Source: Chrysemys picta bellii (lineage: Eukaryota). Taken from it: DNA of 64,000 bases. Below the pieces are notes generated by a model, which did no database searches, was not told the DNA's origin, and saw nothing but the letters and a program-made list of their open reading frames with translations. The stretch spans positions 80,104,001 through 80,168,000 of the forward strand of contig NC_088800.1 of NCBI RefSeq assembly GCF_011386835.1. The letters run 5' to 3'. A program made the position numbers and the translations under genes. Shown piece by piece: positions 1 to 12,740 of the stretch. Numbering within the stretch: the stretch's first letter is position 1; every line of letters begins with the position of its first letter.

Positions 1-129
1 TTTTGCCAACTTGGTGCCACCAAGCCTGGGGAGCAGATACTCATTTGAGCAGCTCTAACTGATGCCTCTTGTGGCTTCCAGTGGGAGTCAGGGGTTGCCT
101 GGTTTATACGAAAGCTGGAAAAAAACTTA

Positions 130-376
130 CCATTAACGGTCTCTTTGGTCAAGGCATGATTGTTCCACTCTCGAGGGTATAGTCTAGTCAGTGCTTTGTT
201 GAGCCCAGTTTTAAATGACTGAAGTGCCAGGGCTTCCGCCATTTCTCTTGGGAAACAGTGCTACAGTCTAACAGCTCTCGCAGTTGGGCATTTCCCCTGA
301 TATTCAGCCTAAATTTATCTGGTCTTAATTTCATCCTATTACGTCTCGTTACAACATGTCCCCTTGGGTATATCAT
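130..376 (-). mobile_element. CR1/L3 LINE 3' fragment (ORF2 C-terminus and start of 3'UTR), degenerate
   Basis: ORF 188..376(-) TRRNRMKLRPDKFRLNIRG...KPWHFSHLKLGSTKH aligns by eye to the CR1 ORF2 C-terminal motif (TRGNGxKL..GRFRLDIRK...SLEVFKxRLDKHL). Confidence 0.8.
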
Positions 377-1218
377 TCCCCGACATCATTTGCCATAGCG
401 AAGAAGACGTATTCAATGTGCTTTTCCCATGCGCCTCTGGCAGAAACGTACATAGCGTTTCACAGCATTTAGCCGGTGGAGGGCCCCTGGATTGAGCCAC
501 TTACAAACAGAATGGTCAAAACACGTTGATATTGTTCTGTGGGACCCTGGCCCAGGGAATGGATCAGGGACCTCAAAAGGGGTTTTCCAAATGGCTGCGG
601 GTTCTTTAGGTTATATAAAATTTAGTTCACTTGGTACCAACCACGCAGCCGTCCCTGATCTGGGCTCAGTCCAAGGCCAGCCAGGCCAATGGGAGTTTTG
701 CCACTGACTTCCATAGTGGCAGGATTTTTCTCCCCTCAGTGGCTCATAAACTGGGCTCTCCCCAAAATGCAGAATCAAAGCAAGTAGCTCGCGAATGACC
801 CAGGGCCTGAAAGTTCATTCCTCCAGCCTCTTTGGCAGATGAATAATGAAGAGTGACTCCATTCCCAGAAAATCAGGGTCTGTTTCGGAATGGTTCTCCG
901 CCGACCCAAAACAGGACTAAGGACCCAGCCCCACCCTACTGGCGTCAAGGGAGTCTTTCCATTGGGCCCTGAATCCCTTAGCAGGAGCTTTATCGACTCG
1001 AGGAATCATTATTTCTATACAGTTCTAAACCTAGTGAGTGCCCCTTATACAAATCCATGTGGCTATTTGCATATTGCTCCCAATGCCTTAAAACAACCTT
1101 ATGGCCTTGTCATCTACCCTTTCCCCAGCCCCACAGGAAGGGGTAAAGCGCGTCTGGAGCTCATCTCACAAACCTCTGATCAGACACAGCAGTATGCAGC
1201 CTCTCTCCTGGTTACTGT

Positions 1219-1343
1219 TAGGGTGAGCAGATGTCCCGATTTTATAGGGACGGTCCCAATTTTTGGGTCTTTTTCTTATATAGGCTCCTATTACCCCCCC
1301 AACCCTTGTCCCGATTTTTCACATTTGCTGTCTGGTCACCCTA
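1219..1343 (+). mobile_element. hAT (Blackjack/MER81-like) MITE, 125 bp
   Basis: TIRs TAGGGTGAGCAGA...TCTGGTCACCCTA; perfect 8-bp TSD GTTACTGT at 1211-1218 and 1344-1351. Confidence 0.92.
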
Positions 1344-1521
1344 GTTACTGTGCAGTGTCCTTTTATCAATAGCAGGCAAGGGGCAAGGCCGGGAAGGGGC
1401 TGGAATATGGGAGGGGAGAGTGGTGGCTTGTTTCAGAGGCAACCAAATGGAGTTTTTAGGATGGAGGGAGGGGCCCAGGCCTGTAAACAGTTTTCATAAA
1501 ACCTTAAACTGGAGGCCTAAA

Positions 1522-1644
1522 TACGGTTGCCAACCCTCCAGGATTGTCCTGGGGGCTCCAGGAATGAAAGATTAGTCTTTAATTAAAGATTATGTCATGT
1601 GATGAAACCTCCAGGAACACATCCAACCAAAATTGGCAACCCTA
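1522..1644. mobile_element. hAT (Blackjack-like) MITE, TAGGGTTGCCAA family
   Basis: Ends TACGGTTGCCAA / TTGGCAACCCTA; TSD GGCCTAAA / GGCCTAAG (7/8). Confidence 0.85.
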
Positions 1645-3039
1645 GGCCTAAGCTAAATCACTCTGTGTGTTGTACCTTGGGTTTATTGGTGTTGATCATC
1701 CCCAATATGCCCATAAGGAGGGACTATTATAATCATTGTTTGTTCCGCGGTAGGGCCCTGTTGTGCTAGGAATGGCACAAAAACACATAAAGTGTCAGGC
1801 CTTGTCCCAAAGAGCTTAGCAAGTGGAGATCTTGAGATGCCTTTGCACCTCATTCCAGACCTCAGCATCCCTTCTCTGCTACATTCAGCCCCGACATCAT
1901 CGCTCATTTCAACTCAGTCTTGACCTTCCACTCCCCCTGCTGTGCCAGTCCTGGACATCCACGCCCACAGCTCTGCCACACTTCAGTGGGCCACCTACCT
2001 GCTCTCATATTCCACTCTCTACGTCTCCTTCTAGGCCACACATTGCAGCCACCAAGTTCATGTGCACTTGTGACCTAACCCAACCTGTAACCCGGGTCTC
2101 GGGAGGCGAAAGGCTAGCACTGCGAATTCATCCGGGCTGCCACGACCTGTGAAATATTTTGGACTCCAATATCGCCTCAGTATAACTGCAAAGCAAATGT
2201 AGGACAGGAACTAGGAATAGCAGGAAGCGAGGAGCTTATCTGCTACCATTGTGACCTCGCCTGGTTGGGGGGCGGATTTTGTTCAGCTGAAAAGGTTGGC
2301 AACAGATGTAGGGATTTTCCAGACCTTGTGCCCGAGCTTTATGCCAACCTCATGACATGCCAGCTGGGCCCAGAGTGGCTTTCCCATTGCAGACGTGGCC
2401 TCTCTGGTAGAAAAGATCCCTGGTGTGAGAGATTCTCAGATCACCGCCAACCACTACAACATCCTCACCGTCCCATGTCACCTTACTGGAACTTTGCTTT
2501 GTGTGGTAAGGTGCTGAACTTTCCCCTTCTGGGGACCTCCGTTCAAATCCTGATTGAGTCACAAGCGACATGAGTTAGGTAGATTCTCAGTCTAGTTCAG
2601 AGAGCAGGTGTTTGTCCACAGCACCAAACAATCCCAGAGTTGGCCAAAGTTAGTCACTTTGGTAGCCTTTTGTCACTTGAAAGCCTGGAGTGGGATAGCA
2701 GGGGGGCTGTGGGTCAGGACTACACGGTAGAGCCCAGAATGAGCACAGCAGGGAAACCCCTCCTCTCTCTCCCTTGCTTGTTTCATCCCCCCATTAGGTC
2801 TTGTCTTCTGGAGCATAAGCTCTTCGGAGCAGTGGTCATCATCTCCTATAGGTCTGTACAGGACCCAGCACAATGGGGAGCTCCACCCAGTTGGGGCCAC
2901 TGCGCATCCTGGCCCAGATTTGTAAAGGCATTTAGGTGCTGCTCCACCTACCTGCTTTAGGAGCCTCGGTCTCCTTTTCCAAAGGGATTTAGGCACGTAG
3001 GCGTCTAAATCCCATTGGCTGTGCCTTCTCCAAAGAGCT

Positions 3040-3200
3040 TACACTCTAAACAGACATGAATGACAAAGGGTGGGAGGGGAAGCCAAGGCACAGATAGGGG
3101 CAGTGGCTTGCCCACAGTCACACAATGGCAGAATCAGGAATAGAACAGGTCTCTGGAGTGCCAGTTCACTACCTACCCACGAGAACACGTTGCTTCCTAT
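3040..3200 (-). mobile_element. MIR/CORE-like SINE fragment
   Basis: Reverse-strand CORE pattern (ccaaggcacagataggggcagtggcttgcccacagtcacac...ggcagaatcaggaatagaac). Confidence 0.6.
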
Positions 3201-5138
3201 CGCAATCCAGTTGTCCAGTAACTTCACAAACCTGGCTGCTGCAGGTGACTGTATTCCCCCCATCCCAGCAGTGTAAACCTCCCGCCAGTGTCTTACATAG
3301 AAGCCCTCGGGGCGCCAATCCCAAGGTCACCGGACCACGCAGCAGATGCTCTGAAGTTGAAATCCACTCCGTGCCGAGCAAATGTCACCTAAGCATCCCA
3401 CTGGCTCCTTGTCACTGAGGCCTTGGGTGATACAGTATAGATCTTATGTAACCGGTTCTAGCTTGGATTCGGAGAACAGCGACGTGGGGTGGCCCAGCTC
3501 CTTTCTAAAGGAAATAGGCAGATTGTAGGTGAGACAGGACCTGGGGAGGGCTGCAAGTTCTCGGCAGTCGGTGGTGTATGTCCAAACGGATCCATTTTTG
3601 TCGTCACTGGGAATCTGCCTTAGTTTTTTGCATTTGTTTCGCAGCAGAGTGCTACGAGACTCCATGACAGTCATGGTGCAAGCTGCCCCTCCACGGAAAC
3701 ACCAGCTGTGGCTCTAGTAACACGGCGATGGGCAGTCACTCCCCGCAGGTAGCGCCAAACAAACAGGCAATGCACTTGTGCAATGCCAGGTCTTTACCAC
3801 CTGCGCCAACAGATCCATCGCCCCCTAAGACTTCACAGCACCAGTGAGGACAGACCTGAGGGTCCTTATTCTGGCAAAGCTCCCATTAACTTCAGGGTTG
3901 CCCCCATAACTCCTCACTGGAGTCACAGCCTGTCATGTGGCTTTAGTAACCCGAAAAGGTGGCTGGAGGTGCAGCCCAGTTTACCAGCAGAGGAGCAGAT
4001 ACCTTCGGATGCTGCAAATTCAGCTCAGCTGCCGGCCTATTGCAGTAGTCTGGGAATATCTGTAACATCTAATTGTCAGTGATAGATTTCCCCCAAGATT
4101 GGGGACGGAAAGTGAAGCCGACGCTGAGTTTGCAGATATTTATTTGTCCTCAGACACATTCCCTTTGGACCCTCAGTTCATTTTGCAGGGGGAAGGGTTG
4201 GAAAAAACTGGTAAAAAAGCCAAAGTGGTAAATGACTCTGCTCTGCTTGATTTATCAAGGCCTGCCAGGGGGGAACACTGGAGAGTCATACAAGGGTCTC
4301 CGGGCAATGCCAGCTCTTTCACCCCCAGGTCATTAGCTCAAGTACAGCCCAAAGACTCAGCGTTCCTGGCAGGTTGCCTGCGTGTGAAATGAGTTTGCTG
4401 GGCTTCCCCTCCGTCCCCAAACACAGGTGATCCCAGAGCAAAAATTACCCCTGCAACCAACACCCCGTGCTGGCAACCTTAGCTGAGAAGCCAGGCTCTG
4501 GAGTGCACACGGAGCCTGAACATACCTCAGCCCCAGGGAGGTCCGGATTGAGGGACACTGGCAAGGGGGCCCAGGGAATCCAGCCCTGCTGAGCCTGTTC
4601 TCCAGAGACAGGACTTCTGGCTCCAGCGCTGTTATGAATCCTTCACAGTGGCGCTGGCTTCAGGATGGCCCCCTAAGCGCCATGAACGTCACCATGGCTG
4701 GTACCTGCTGCTGAAGAACAAAGGGGACGGGGAGAGGTCGTATGACTAGACTCCCGCACAGAGCAGATGGAGCGTGGAATGGTTGAGGCCCTATCCCCCA
4801 CCACCCAGGAAGCCCTGCCTGTATTTATTCCATGGAGGAGGAGAGAGAAGGGTCTTTGTGAGACTTTGGATTGATTAGGGGAAGGTTCTTGAACCATGAC
4901 ATTCGGCAAGACGCAGAGGCACGGACCCTGGAAGGATGCTGGGTAATGACCGAGGAGCCCTGCCACCAGTCACGGGGGTGAAGCCTCTGGTCGCGGGCAG
5001 GCTCCCAAACAGTTCAAGGTAAATACAGAACATCAGCTTGGATAATTTCATCCCACCTATCTGTATGCGTCACGGGACCGGGAGGGGCGAGCGAAATCTA
5101 GGGAAGCCACAAATGGCTTCTGAATACAAAAGGCAACA

Positions 5139-5160
5139 GTGTGTGTGTGTGTGTGTGTGT
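5139..5160. repeat. (GT)11 microsatellite
   Basis: Directly visible. Confidence 0.95.
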
Positions 5161-7086
5161 AGGCCTGTGTGCACGTGGGGGATATGCTTGTATGTGGTGT
5201 GCACTCAACACACACAATTCGTTGAGAGAGAAATGAGAAGGCACAGATCCAGACATGCCTCCTGTGTCCATTCCAGGATCTGCGTTTGCTCTGCTGGGTG
5301 TGCTAACGTACGGAACAGTGCTAGGGGGCCTCTGCCCTCCGTGCCGCCCGGCTGGTACGCGCAGAGCTTGCCGGCTCTCTCCCTTCAGCTCGGCATTCCC
5401 CTCCCTGCCCCACGGCAGTTGGCTTCTTCGCTGTTTCTCTGCATAGCACAGCAGCCTGCCAGCTCTTCTGCACAACTCTTCCTCAGCTCCCCAAGCCAGC
5501 AGAGAACTGGCCCTATGTGGGACACTGCTGCCTGGTGACTTGCCAGGCAGCGTGGCTGACTCAGTGGATGGCAGTGCCATTGAGAGGCCATGACCCTGGA
5601 GATAAAAGCAGGCTTTGCTCCCCCTGGTCCTCTGGCTGGAAAGCAGGAGCTCAAATGAGACTCGGCCTCTCATTTCAGGCTGGCACGGGGCCCCTTCCCG
5701 AGTTGTAGCTGCTGGCAATCGGTCCCCGCATTTTAAAAGTGTCATTTCACACCATCGCTCTGTGCTAAAAAAAGCCACAGGGGTTACTTGCAACACGTGG
5801 CTGCCAGTGCCAGCCCCAGACCTGGAGCCTAGGATCAAGGTTAAGCTGGCAGGGAGAACCAATCTACCCCAGCGATAATGGCAACAGCAAGCGTTTGCAT
5901 CAGAGCTATTGTCCCCAGCCTTAGGTGAACAGGCTGCATCCGAGCCCCGGCTTAGGCACTAAAATAGAGTTAGCCAGCCCTGCGGGGATGGAGAATTTTG
6001 GTCTTTGTAGTCAAATAATCACTGCGGATTTGAGAGGAGCGAATCAGCAAATATTTGTGCTTTCATGTTATTGGAAAGGCCCCGTGTCCTCCTGTGCCCC
6101 CTTCTCCGAGGCTATCTATATACTGTAGGTAGACATGCCAAGGCGGTTGTTTCCGGTGGCAGGTCGTGGGATCTAGGCTACTTTGTGCGGGATATTTTGG
6201 CTCCGGTTATCTAGATCTCTGTCCTTCCGGCAGCACAGAGCCTCAAGCCCAGCCGTGCAAAGGATGTGGTGAGTCAAGGCTGGACAAGTTCCTTGGTCAG
6301 AATTTCCTTCACCCTGCTGCTTGCTGGACATGCGTTGGCAGCTGTCCTCTGCCCCAGAAATGGCTGCATTTGAGTGGTGCTGGAGAATACAGCTTGCTCC
6401 CCAGGTAATACAGCAATGGGCACATTAGATAGGTACCTGGAGAGAGGGATTAGTGAGTATTTTAGAAGGAAAGGCACAATATGCAAAGTATTCACTGAAA
6501 AGGGAAAGCACTCTGTCTTCAGTGTCGTTCATCCCTCAGTGAAACTGTCTGTAATAGGGGCAAGTCACAAACACTGTTACTTTCCCCTTTAAATGACACT
6601 TCTCGCTACAGATGGATCAAACAGGAGATATTACTTACAGGGTTAAGAGCAGCGGGGCAGTTGCTGGCCTGCATCAACCGCAGATGACAGGAATGGTCAG
6701 AATCAGGGATGGGAGGGCAGCCAAACCCTGGGATGGCTGGGAAAGGAGGAGGGGGGGAGTCAAGAAAGATTTTGCTAATGGAAAGGGGAGGTCACGCGGA
6801 GCCGGTAGTGGTTTAATGTTGTGCTGATACAGCCGGTTATACTCAGGCTGGTCTCAGCAGGCTTTGTACATGCTGTAGTGACCTCCCTCCCATCACCGCC
6901 TTCAGTTCACATTTCTAAAGGAATTCGCAGTGGCCATGCTGGTGTTTACTGTCTGCAAATATTAGAGGGAGTGAGTTTCCAGGCAGGAACGTTCAGCAAC
7001 ATACCAGCGCTAAGTGAACATTGGAGAACATTTTTGGGGCATGAATTTGGAGCACACCGTTGTAAATATTCACCCCAGAAACATGA

Positions 7087-7155
7087 TCATTGCAAGCTCT
7101 TTGGGGCAGGGACCATCTTTTTGTTCTGTGTCTGTACAGCCCCTAGCACATGGGG
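7087..7155 (+). mobile_element. SINE 3' tail fragment (MIR-like turtle SINE)
   Basis: gcaagctctttggggcagggaccatctttttgttctgtgtctgtacagcccctagcac recurs near 16320, 40255 and 49760 in this window. Confidence 0.65.
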
Positions 7156-8403
7156 TCCAAGAGTTACATTCATCCAATGAGACTAGAACTAGATTGTGTG
7201 ATTCCACAAAAGAATCCCCAGCACAGCTTGAATTTAAAATCTCAACCCCTTCACAATGAAGCGTTTGCAAACAAACCCAAGGGTCGTGGTAGGAAAAAAA
7301 TTCAAAATTTGAAATTCAGAAATGGAAGCCTGAGAACTCCTTGGCAACGTTTTGACACATTTTCCCCCTCCATTTTTTTAACCAAACTATAGAACTGGAT
7401 GAAATGTTTTGAATTAAAAAAAAAAAGGGGATGTGTGATCATTTTTCTGCCATCTCCCCCCGCCCCACCCTTTTACGACTGGTTCTAGTACAGGCTAAAA
7501 ATTAGTCCCAGAAACCAAGGGAACATTCGGAATGCTGAAAAAATTTAAGGAAATCCCGAATAATCTGGGAGCAACTCGCAGACAGGAAAACAAAAGGCAA
7601 AATCCGTTGAATAAACAAACTGCCCATTCCAAAGTTTCAGCCTCATTGCGGTGCTGTGAGTTACCTCCTAAGTGTGCTAGGTGGCGCTAGCATGCTCTTG
7701 GCCACAGTAGTGGGCGTGGTGGTTACGGTGGGATAGTAGGTGCTTTCGCTGCAAAAAATACCCCAATGTGTTGACAAGATGGTAGCCTCACATATGTAGT
7801 CTGTGTACACACACACAGAGTATATGGTACAGTACAAAAAGAATGCAGTATGTAAAGCATAGAGTACAGGAAGGATGCCTTTTTAGCCTGCAAATAGAAT
7901 TCTGCCAGACAAAATGCAACAGATTTTCCCTGGGAGCTGCTCATTCATAAATTCCAGCATTTCTATGAAGGCTGTACAAGATTCTTTTCAGAGCGACTTG
8001 ATTCTGCATGCTGGCTGGTCAAAACCAGGCCAGTAATGGGCTCCTGGCATCCCGGCCCTGTCATCAGTGATTCTCCTTAGAAAGAGAAAGAAACATACAA
8101 AGTACTCTCTGCTGGTAGACATGGTGGTTTCATCCCAGCAACATGGACCACGTGCTCATGTCCCCTGACATAAAGTGGCTTCCTGGTGGTAAGCTGTAGT
8201 TCTCTATCTTGGCTCCATACAGCACATCTCTCCCAGAGTGTCCTCCACCTCTGCTCTAGGAAGGGAAAGCTACAAACCCCAGTGCTTAATAAGGTGGCTG
8301 AGGGGAGGCTAGCTGTGTGCTTGAATTTTTATCTGGCCCTTAGACACAAGCAAATGTATTTGACATAGAAATGAGGCTTAGTCACAGTGAGGCATTTTGG
8401 GGT

Positions 8404-8823
8404 TAGCGCTAGTTGCAAAAACTTTGAGCCGTATTCTGTTGGAATATGTGGTTCCCTCAAAATCGAAAACCATCTGCAAAATCAGGTCACTTTCACTGGG
8501 ATTTCATTTGAGAACCGGAGGAAACAATTCCAACAATGTCGAAATCTCCTGTTCACGTCACATTTCAACATTATCAGAACGAAATGGTTTGATTTTGCAT
8601 TTTGAATGTTGTATATTTCTATTATATAATATCTATTATAATACAAAAAAGTGTAAAAAGACAAAACCGAAACTGAATGTTTCCGCTTGGCTCAGCACAA
8701 TTTCTTTTTTCAGAATCTTCTTTCGCGGATTATTTCCCAGTTTTCACTGGGATCCGGAAACAAATCACATTTCGAAATCTCGAAATCCTTTGCAACATGG
8801 AACTTTCATTCTCCATACATCCT
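8404..8823. mobile_element. Old non-autonomous DNA transposon (TAGAGCTGGT-like ends, internal gaaa/tttc-rich subrepeats)
   Basis: Start tagcgctagttgcaaaa resembles the end of the 42067 element; repeated cgaaat/atttcg motifs; boundaries approximate, no TSD read. Confidence 0.5.
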
Positions 8824-9999
8824 GGGGAGAAGTGTCTCCTCACCTACTGGGCCCTAATCCTTAAATCCAACCCTTGTGGCCTGGGAACTGTTGGTTGGAG
8901 ATGTGGGAGGGTGGAGAAGGAGTCGTACAGCATGGGGATTATAGATGAATATATAAACATTAGTTCGTTTTGACGACAGTCCCAGATTCGGAAATCCTGC
9001 CCGGTGCTGAGAAAGACCCTGCACATGTTCTAAAGGACACTGCACACCTGAGCACTACAGAATAGCTTTTTAAGCCCTTGACCCAACATAAACCAACTGT
9101 GTCTGCGCAGCTCACGTGCCCAACACAAACGTCACCGGTAATCTGTTCCTTTAGTAATAAAACCACCAGGAATACCTAGCTTCTCAGATCTGGTAATTGG
9201 CTCCCCTTCCTAGGTAGTGTTAACTATCTGCTTTACAGTGAACGTATAAACATTAATTTGAAAAAACCCCTCCCCTTAGCAGAAGTTTGGGAAGAAATGC
9301 CACTCATTCAGAACATGCTGGGACAACTAGACTACATGTAGGTCACATAGTTCCATAGTCAGCCAGCTAATCCCCCCCATACACAGCATTACAGTATTTG
9401 TACTACTCTCTGTTTATTCCCTTCTGAACCTTAGGGGGGGGAGAAATAGCTTCCTGAACTGATGGGCTTGTATGTCTGCCAAAGTCCTGCACTGGATCCA
9501 ACGGCTCAGGAAGATAAGCTGTGGCTGCTGCATGAGGGAATGCATCTAGTCACTGCTCCATTTGCCGCACATTGCCACATGTTATATGCAACGGGCCAGG
9601 TCCTCAGCTGGGGTAAACCGGTGGGGCTTCGCTGAAGTCAGTGGAGCTAGGTGGTTTACAGCAGCTAAGACTCTGGCTTAGAGGAGTACGCCCGCACAAT
9701 CACAAACACTCCACTTTCTTTCCTCTGCTCTCTTTGTATTACCCGTGACAGATGCCTGAGCTGGCCCCAGATGAAGAATCAATACCATTTGCTATTTTGG
9801 GTACAATAATTAGCAATCAGATTCTTGCACAGATACCTCACTGTTCAGCCCTGAGGCTCCCTAAAGCATTTGTCAAATTCAGACTATTCGTGGGACTCAC
9901 ACCACCAACCACTGAAATGCAGCCAACCACTTGCAGCTCTTTAAACAGCTTAGGCATGAAGAAGAGTAGCAAATGCCATTGAAACGTCAAGAGGAATTT

Positions 10000-10190
10000 A
10001 ACATAAGAACGGCCCTACTGGGTCAGACCAATGGTCCATCTAGCCCAGTATCCTGTCTTCTGACGGTGGCCAGTGTCAGGTACGTCAGACAGAGTGAACA
10101 GAAAAGGGCAACTTATCAAGTGGTCCATGCCCTGTCATCCAGTCCCAGCTTCTAGCAGTCAATTTAAAGAGGCAGAGTGTATTTTCTGCG
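10000..10190 (-). mobile_element. CR1 (PsCR1-like) 3'UTR fragment
   Basis: aacataagaacggccctactgggtcagaccaatggtccatctagcccagtatcctgtcttc is the reverse complement of the 3' end of the CR1 copies at 35069-35345 and 48432-49016. Confidence 0.88.
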
Positions 10191-10204
10191 CTGGAATTTG
10201 GCCT

Positions 10205-10352
10205 ATACACTGGAGCAGGGGACAGAACACCTGGGTTACAGTCTCAAATCTGCCACAGAATTGCTATATGGCCTTGGGCATGTCATTTTACCTCCCTCTG
10301 CCTTTGTCTTCCCATACCTGTAAAATGGGAATAATACTTGTCTGACTCTTGG
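10205..10352 (+). mobile_element. MIR/CORE SINE core, interrupted by the LTR at 10353
   Basis: ctgccacagaattgctatatggccttgggcatgtcattttacctccctctgcctttgtcttcccatacctgtaaaatgggaataatac is the CORE domain pattern. Confidence 0.75.
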
Positions 10353-11181
10353 TGTAAGGATAAGGCCTTTTCCTGTAGCCATACTGTTTGGCCTGTAGCC
10401 ATATTGTAAGGCCTAACGCCTAGGGCCTTTGTCTGCAGCCAGATTAGAAGTGCAGCAGCCATTAGTTGAGAAGCAGGAAGTCACATCCTCACTTTCCATC
10501 TAAATTACATTAAAACAATGTCATATCAGGCTGCTAAGAAGGAGACCCCGTCCTAATGGCATCCGCTATCACCAGATAAAGAAACAGATCTTCAGATGGT
10601 TAAAGAAAACTTAGTTTGACAGCATTCTATCTGGCAAGAAATCACTTCTCAATAGTTGTGGTTGTGAAATCCTCATTTCTTTATTGTTTTGTCATTATGG
10701 TCCCCACTTCCCTATTGTTTGTCTGTATGATCTCTGTCTGGTTCTTTGATTGTTTCTGTCTGTTACATCATTCATTTTGCTAGGTGTAAATTAATTAAGA
10801 TGGTGGGGTATGATTGGTTAGATGATTTTGTTAGTAAAATGATGGGTTGAGGGATAGCTAAGCAGGACTCAGGTTTCACTATATAAACCGGGGTCCAAAA
10901 GGACGTTTTTTGGCAACCAACTCCAGGACACAGCCCCAAGAACAGAGCTGCCAGACCTCAACACTGCCAATGACACCATGCTGAAACTGGAGTCCCCCGG
11001 ATGGACTTGATCCTGACTGGCCATCAAGAAAAGTTCATCAGTCTGATTGGGAGTGGTGAGCATTGTATGTGTAGCGTGTGCAGTCTGTCTTTGGTGATGG
11101 TTAATAAATAGAGGATGAGGACATTACTGTGTGAGGCTCTTTTACTGGTAAAAGGTCCTGCAAAACCCGCAGAAAATTACA
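10353..11181 (+). mobile_element. LTR (solo or 5' LTR remnant), 829 bp; associated sequence may extend to 11360
   Basis: TGTAA...TTACA inverted termini; TATATAAA at 10880-10887; AATAAA at 11103-11108; U3 direct repeat cctgtagccata x2; flanks CTTGG/CCTGG. Confidence 0.8.
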
Positions 11182-11687
11182 CCTGGTGCCCTAGGAACAG
11201 GGTAAGGGTGGTTGCCCTAGTGTGTAAGGTTACGTCTGAGCCCACAGAAGGGTGAGGGTGGATGCCTAAATTAAGAGGGTTATGCCCTGAGCCCTAGGAA
11301 CTGGGTAAAGGTGGGTGCCCCTAGAGTGTGTGAGTAACAGAGAATTTTGTGCGGGTAACACTGAGGGTGTTGTTTGGCCCTACAGGGGCACTGGTGCAGC
11401 ATTAGCACAAAGATGGCAGTGCAACCTATTCACAGCTCCCTGTAACTATGGGGTGCTCCTTGGATGTCTCCTCGTCACCTGCTGACCCAGACCAACTCTC
11501 TTTCATTTATAGGCATTGGGAGGGTCACACTAAGGTAGCATCCTCTTGGTGTATTCTTCAGGGGGTTTCTGAGTGCCAAGTGGGGTCATGTGTCACTCAG
11601 CAAATGGTAGGGGATGCTCTTCTCCTTGTGTTGAATCAGTGCTGAGATGGTGGAATTCCTTCCTTCCTTGGGGGCCTGCTGGGCAGT

Positions 11688-12338
11688 GCCATGCGAACGC
11701 CTGTTCTCACTTTCAGGTGACATTGTAAGTGGGCAGCAGCATCTCCCGTACATAGGGTGAGCAGACAGCAAATGTGAAAAATCGGGACAAGGGGTGGGGG
11801 TAATAGGAGCCTATATAAGAAAAAGACCCAAACATCGGGACCGTCCCTATAAAATTGGGACATCTGGTCACCCTACCCGTAAATGTGAACAAATTTGTTT
11901 GTCTGAGCAATTGGCCGAACAAGAAGTAGGACTCTAAAGTTTTACATTATTTTGTTTCTGAGTGCAGTCATGTAAAAAATAATAATAATTCTACATTTGT
12001 AAGTTGCACTTGCCGGAGAAAGAGCTTGCACTACTGTATTTGTCTGAGTGGACTTGAAAAATACTATTTTAAAAATCTTTTTTACAGTGCAAATATTTGT
12101 AATCAAAAATAATAACATAAAGTGAGCACTGTACACTTTGTATTCTGGGTTGGAACTGAAATCAACATATTTGAAAATGTAGAAAAACATCCAAAAATAT
12201 GTACAATACATTTAAATGGGTATTCTATTATTTTTAACAGTGCAATTAAAACTGTGATGAATGGTGACTAATTTTTTTAATCTAGTTCGTTTGGTTTGCG
12301 TTAATCGTTTGCGCTAACTGTGATTAATTGACAGCCTA
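11688..12338. mobile_element. hAT non-autonomous element, one end only (TAGGGCTGTCGATTAATC-type TIR)
   Basis: Ends in the subterminal ttaatcg repeats and gattaattgacagccta; AT-rich body; split by the MITE at 11753. Confidence 0.8.
11753..11875 (-). mobile_element. hAT Blackjack-like MITE nested in another hAT element
   Basis: Reverse-oriented copy of the 1219 element; TSD CCCGTACA / CCCGTAAA (7/8). Confidence 0.92.
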
Positions 12339-12442
12339 GTATTATTCTTCCTCACTCTTGCTCTATACAAGGAGCAGTGGCTATAATGGTATTTTATCAG
12401 TCAAAAGTCTGAATCATCACAGTATTAATCCAGACCTGCATG

Positions 12443-12579
12443 CCGGGGTGCTGGAAGAGTTTGTATATTGGGGGTGCTGAGAGCCATTGAACCAAACTGT
12501 AAACCTTGTATATAATGGAAACCACATCAAGCCAGCGGGTGCGGCAGCCCCCCCGGCACCCCTAATTCCAGCACCTATG
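12443..12579. mobile_element. hAT (Tip100-like) MITE, 137 bp
   Basis: Ends CCGGGGTGCTGGAA / TTCCAGCACCTATG; perfect TSD CCTGCATG at 12435-12442 and 12580-12587. Confidence 0.88.
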
Positions 12580-12740
12580 CCTGCATGGGCTTCATAACTC
12601 GTTTCTAACAGCTGAGCAGAGCTACTGGTGTCCCAGTCATTTCAATGAGCGGTCTGTACAGCATAGTTAGCGTACTGAGAACGCTAACAGAGAAAGGACG
12701 GTGGAAAGTGTTACTGTACAGAGCACCTTATTCTCACTCA

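Noticed and set aside
5038-5862. Overlapping 166-aa (+) and 254-aa (-) ORFs
   Set aside because: Both run through a (GT)n microsatellite and show no protein-like motif.
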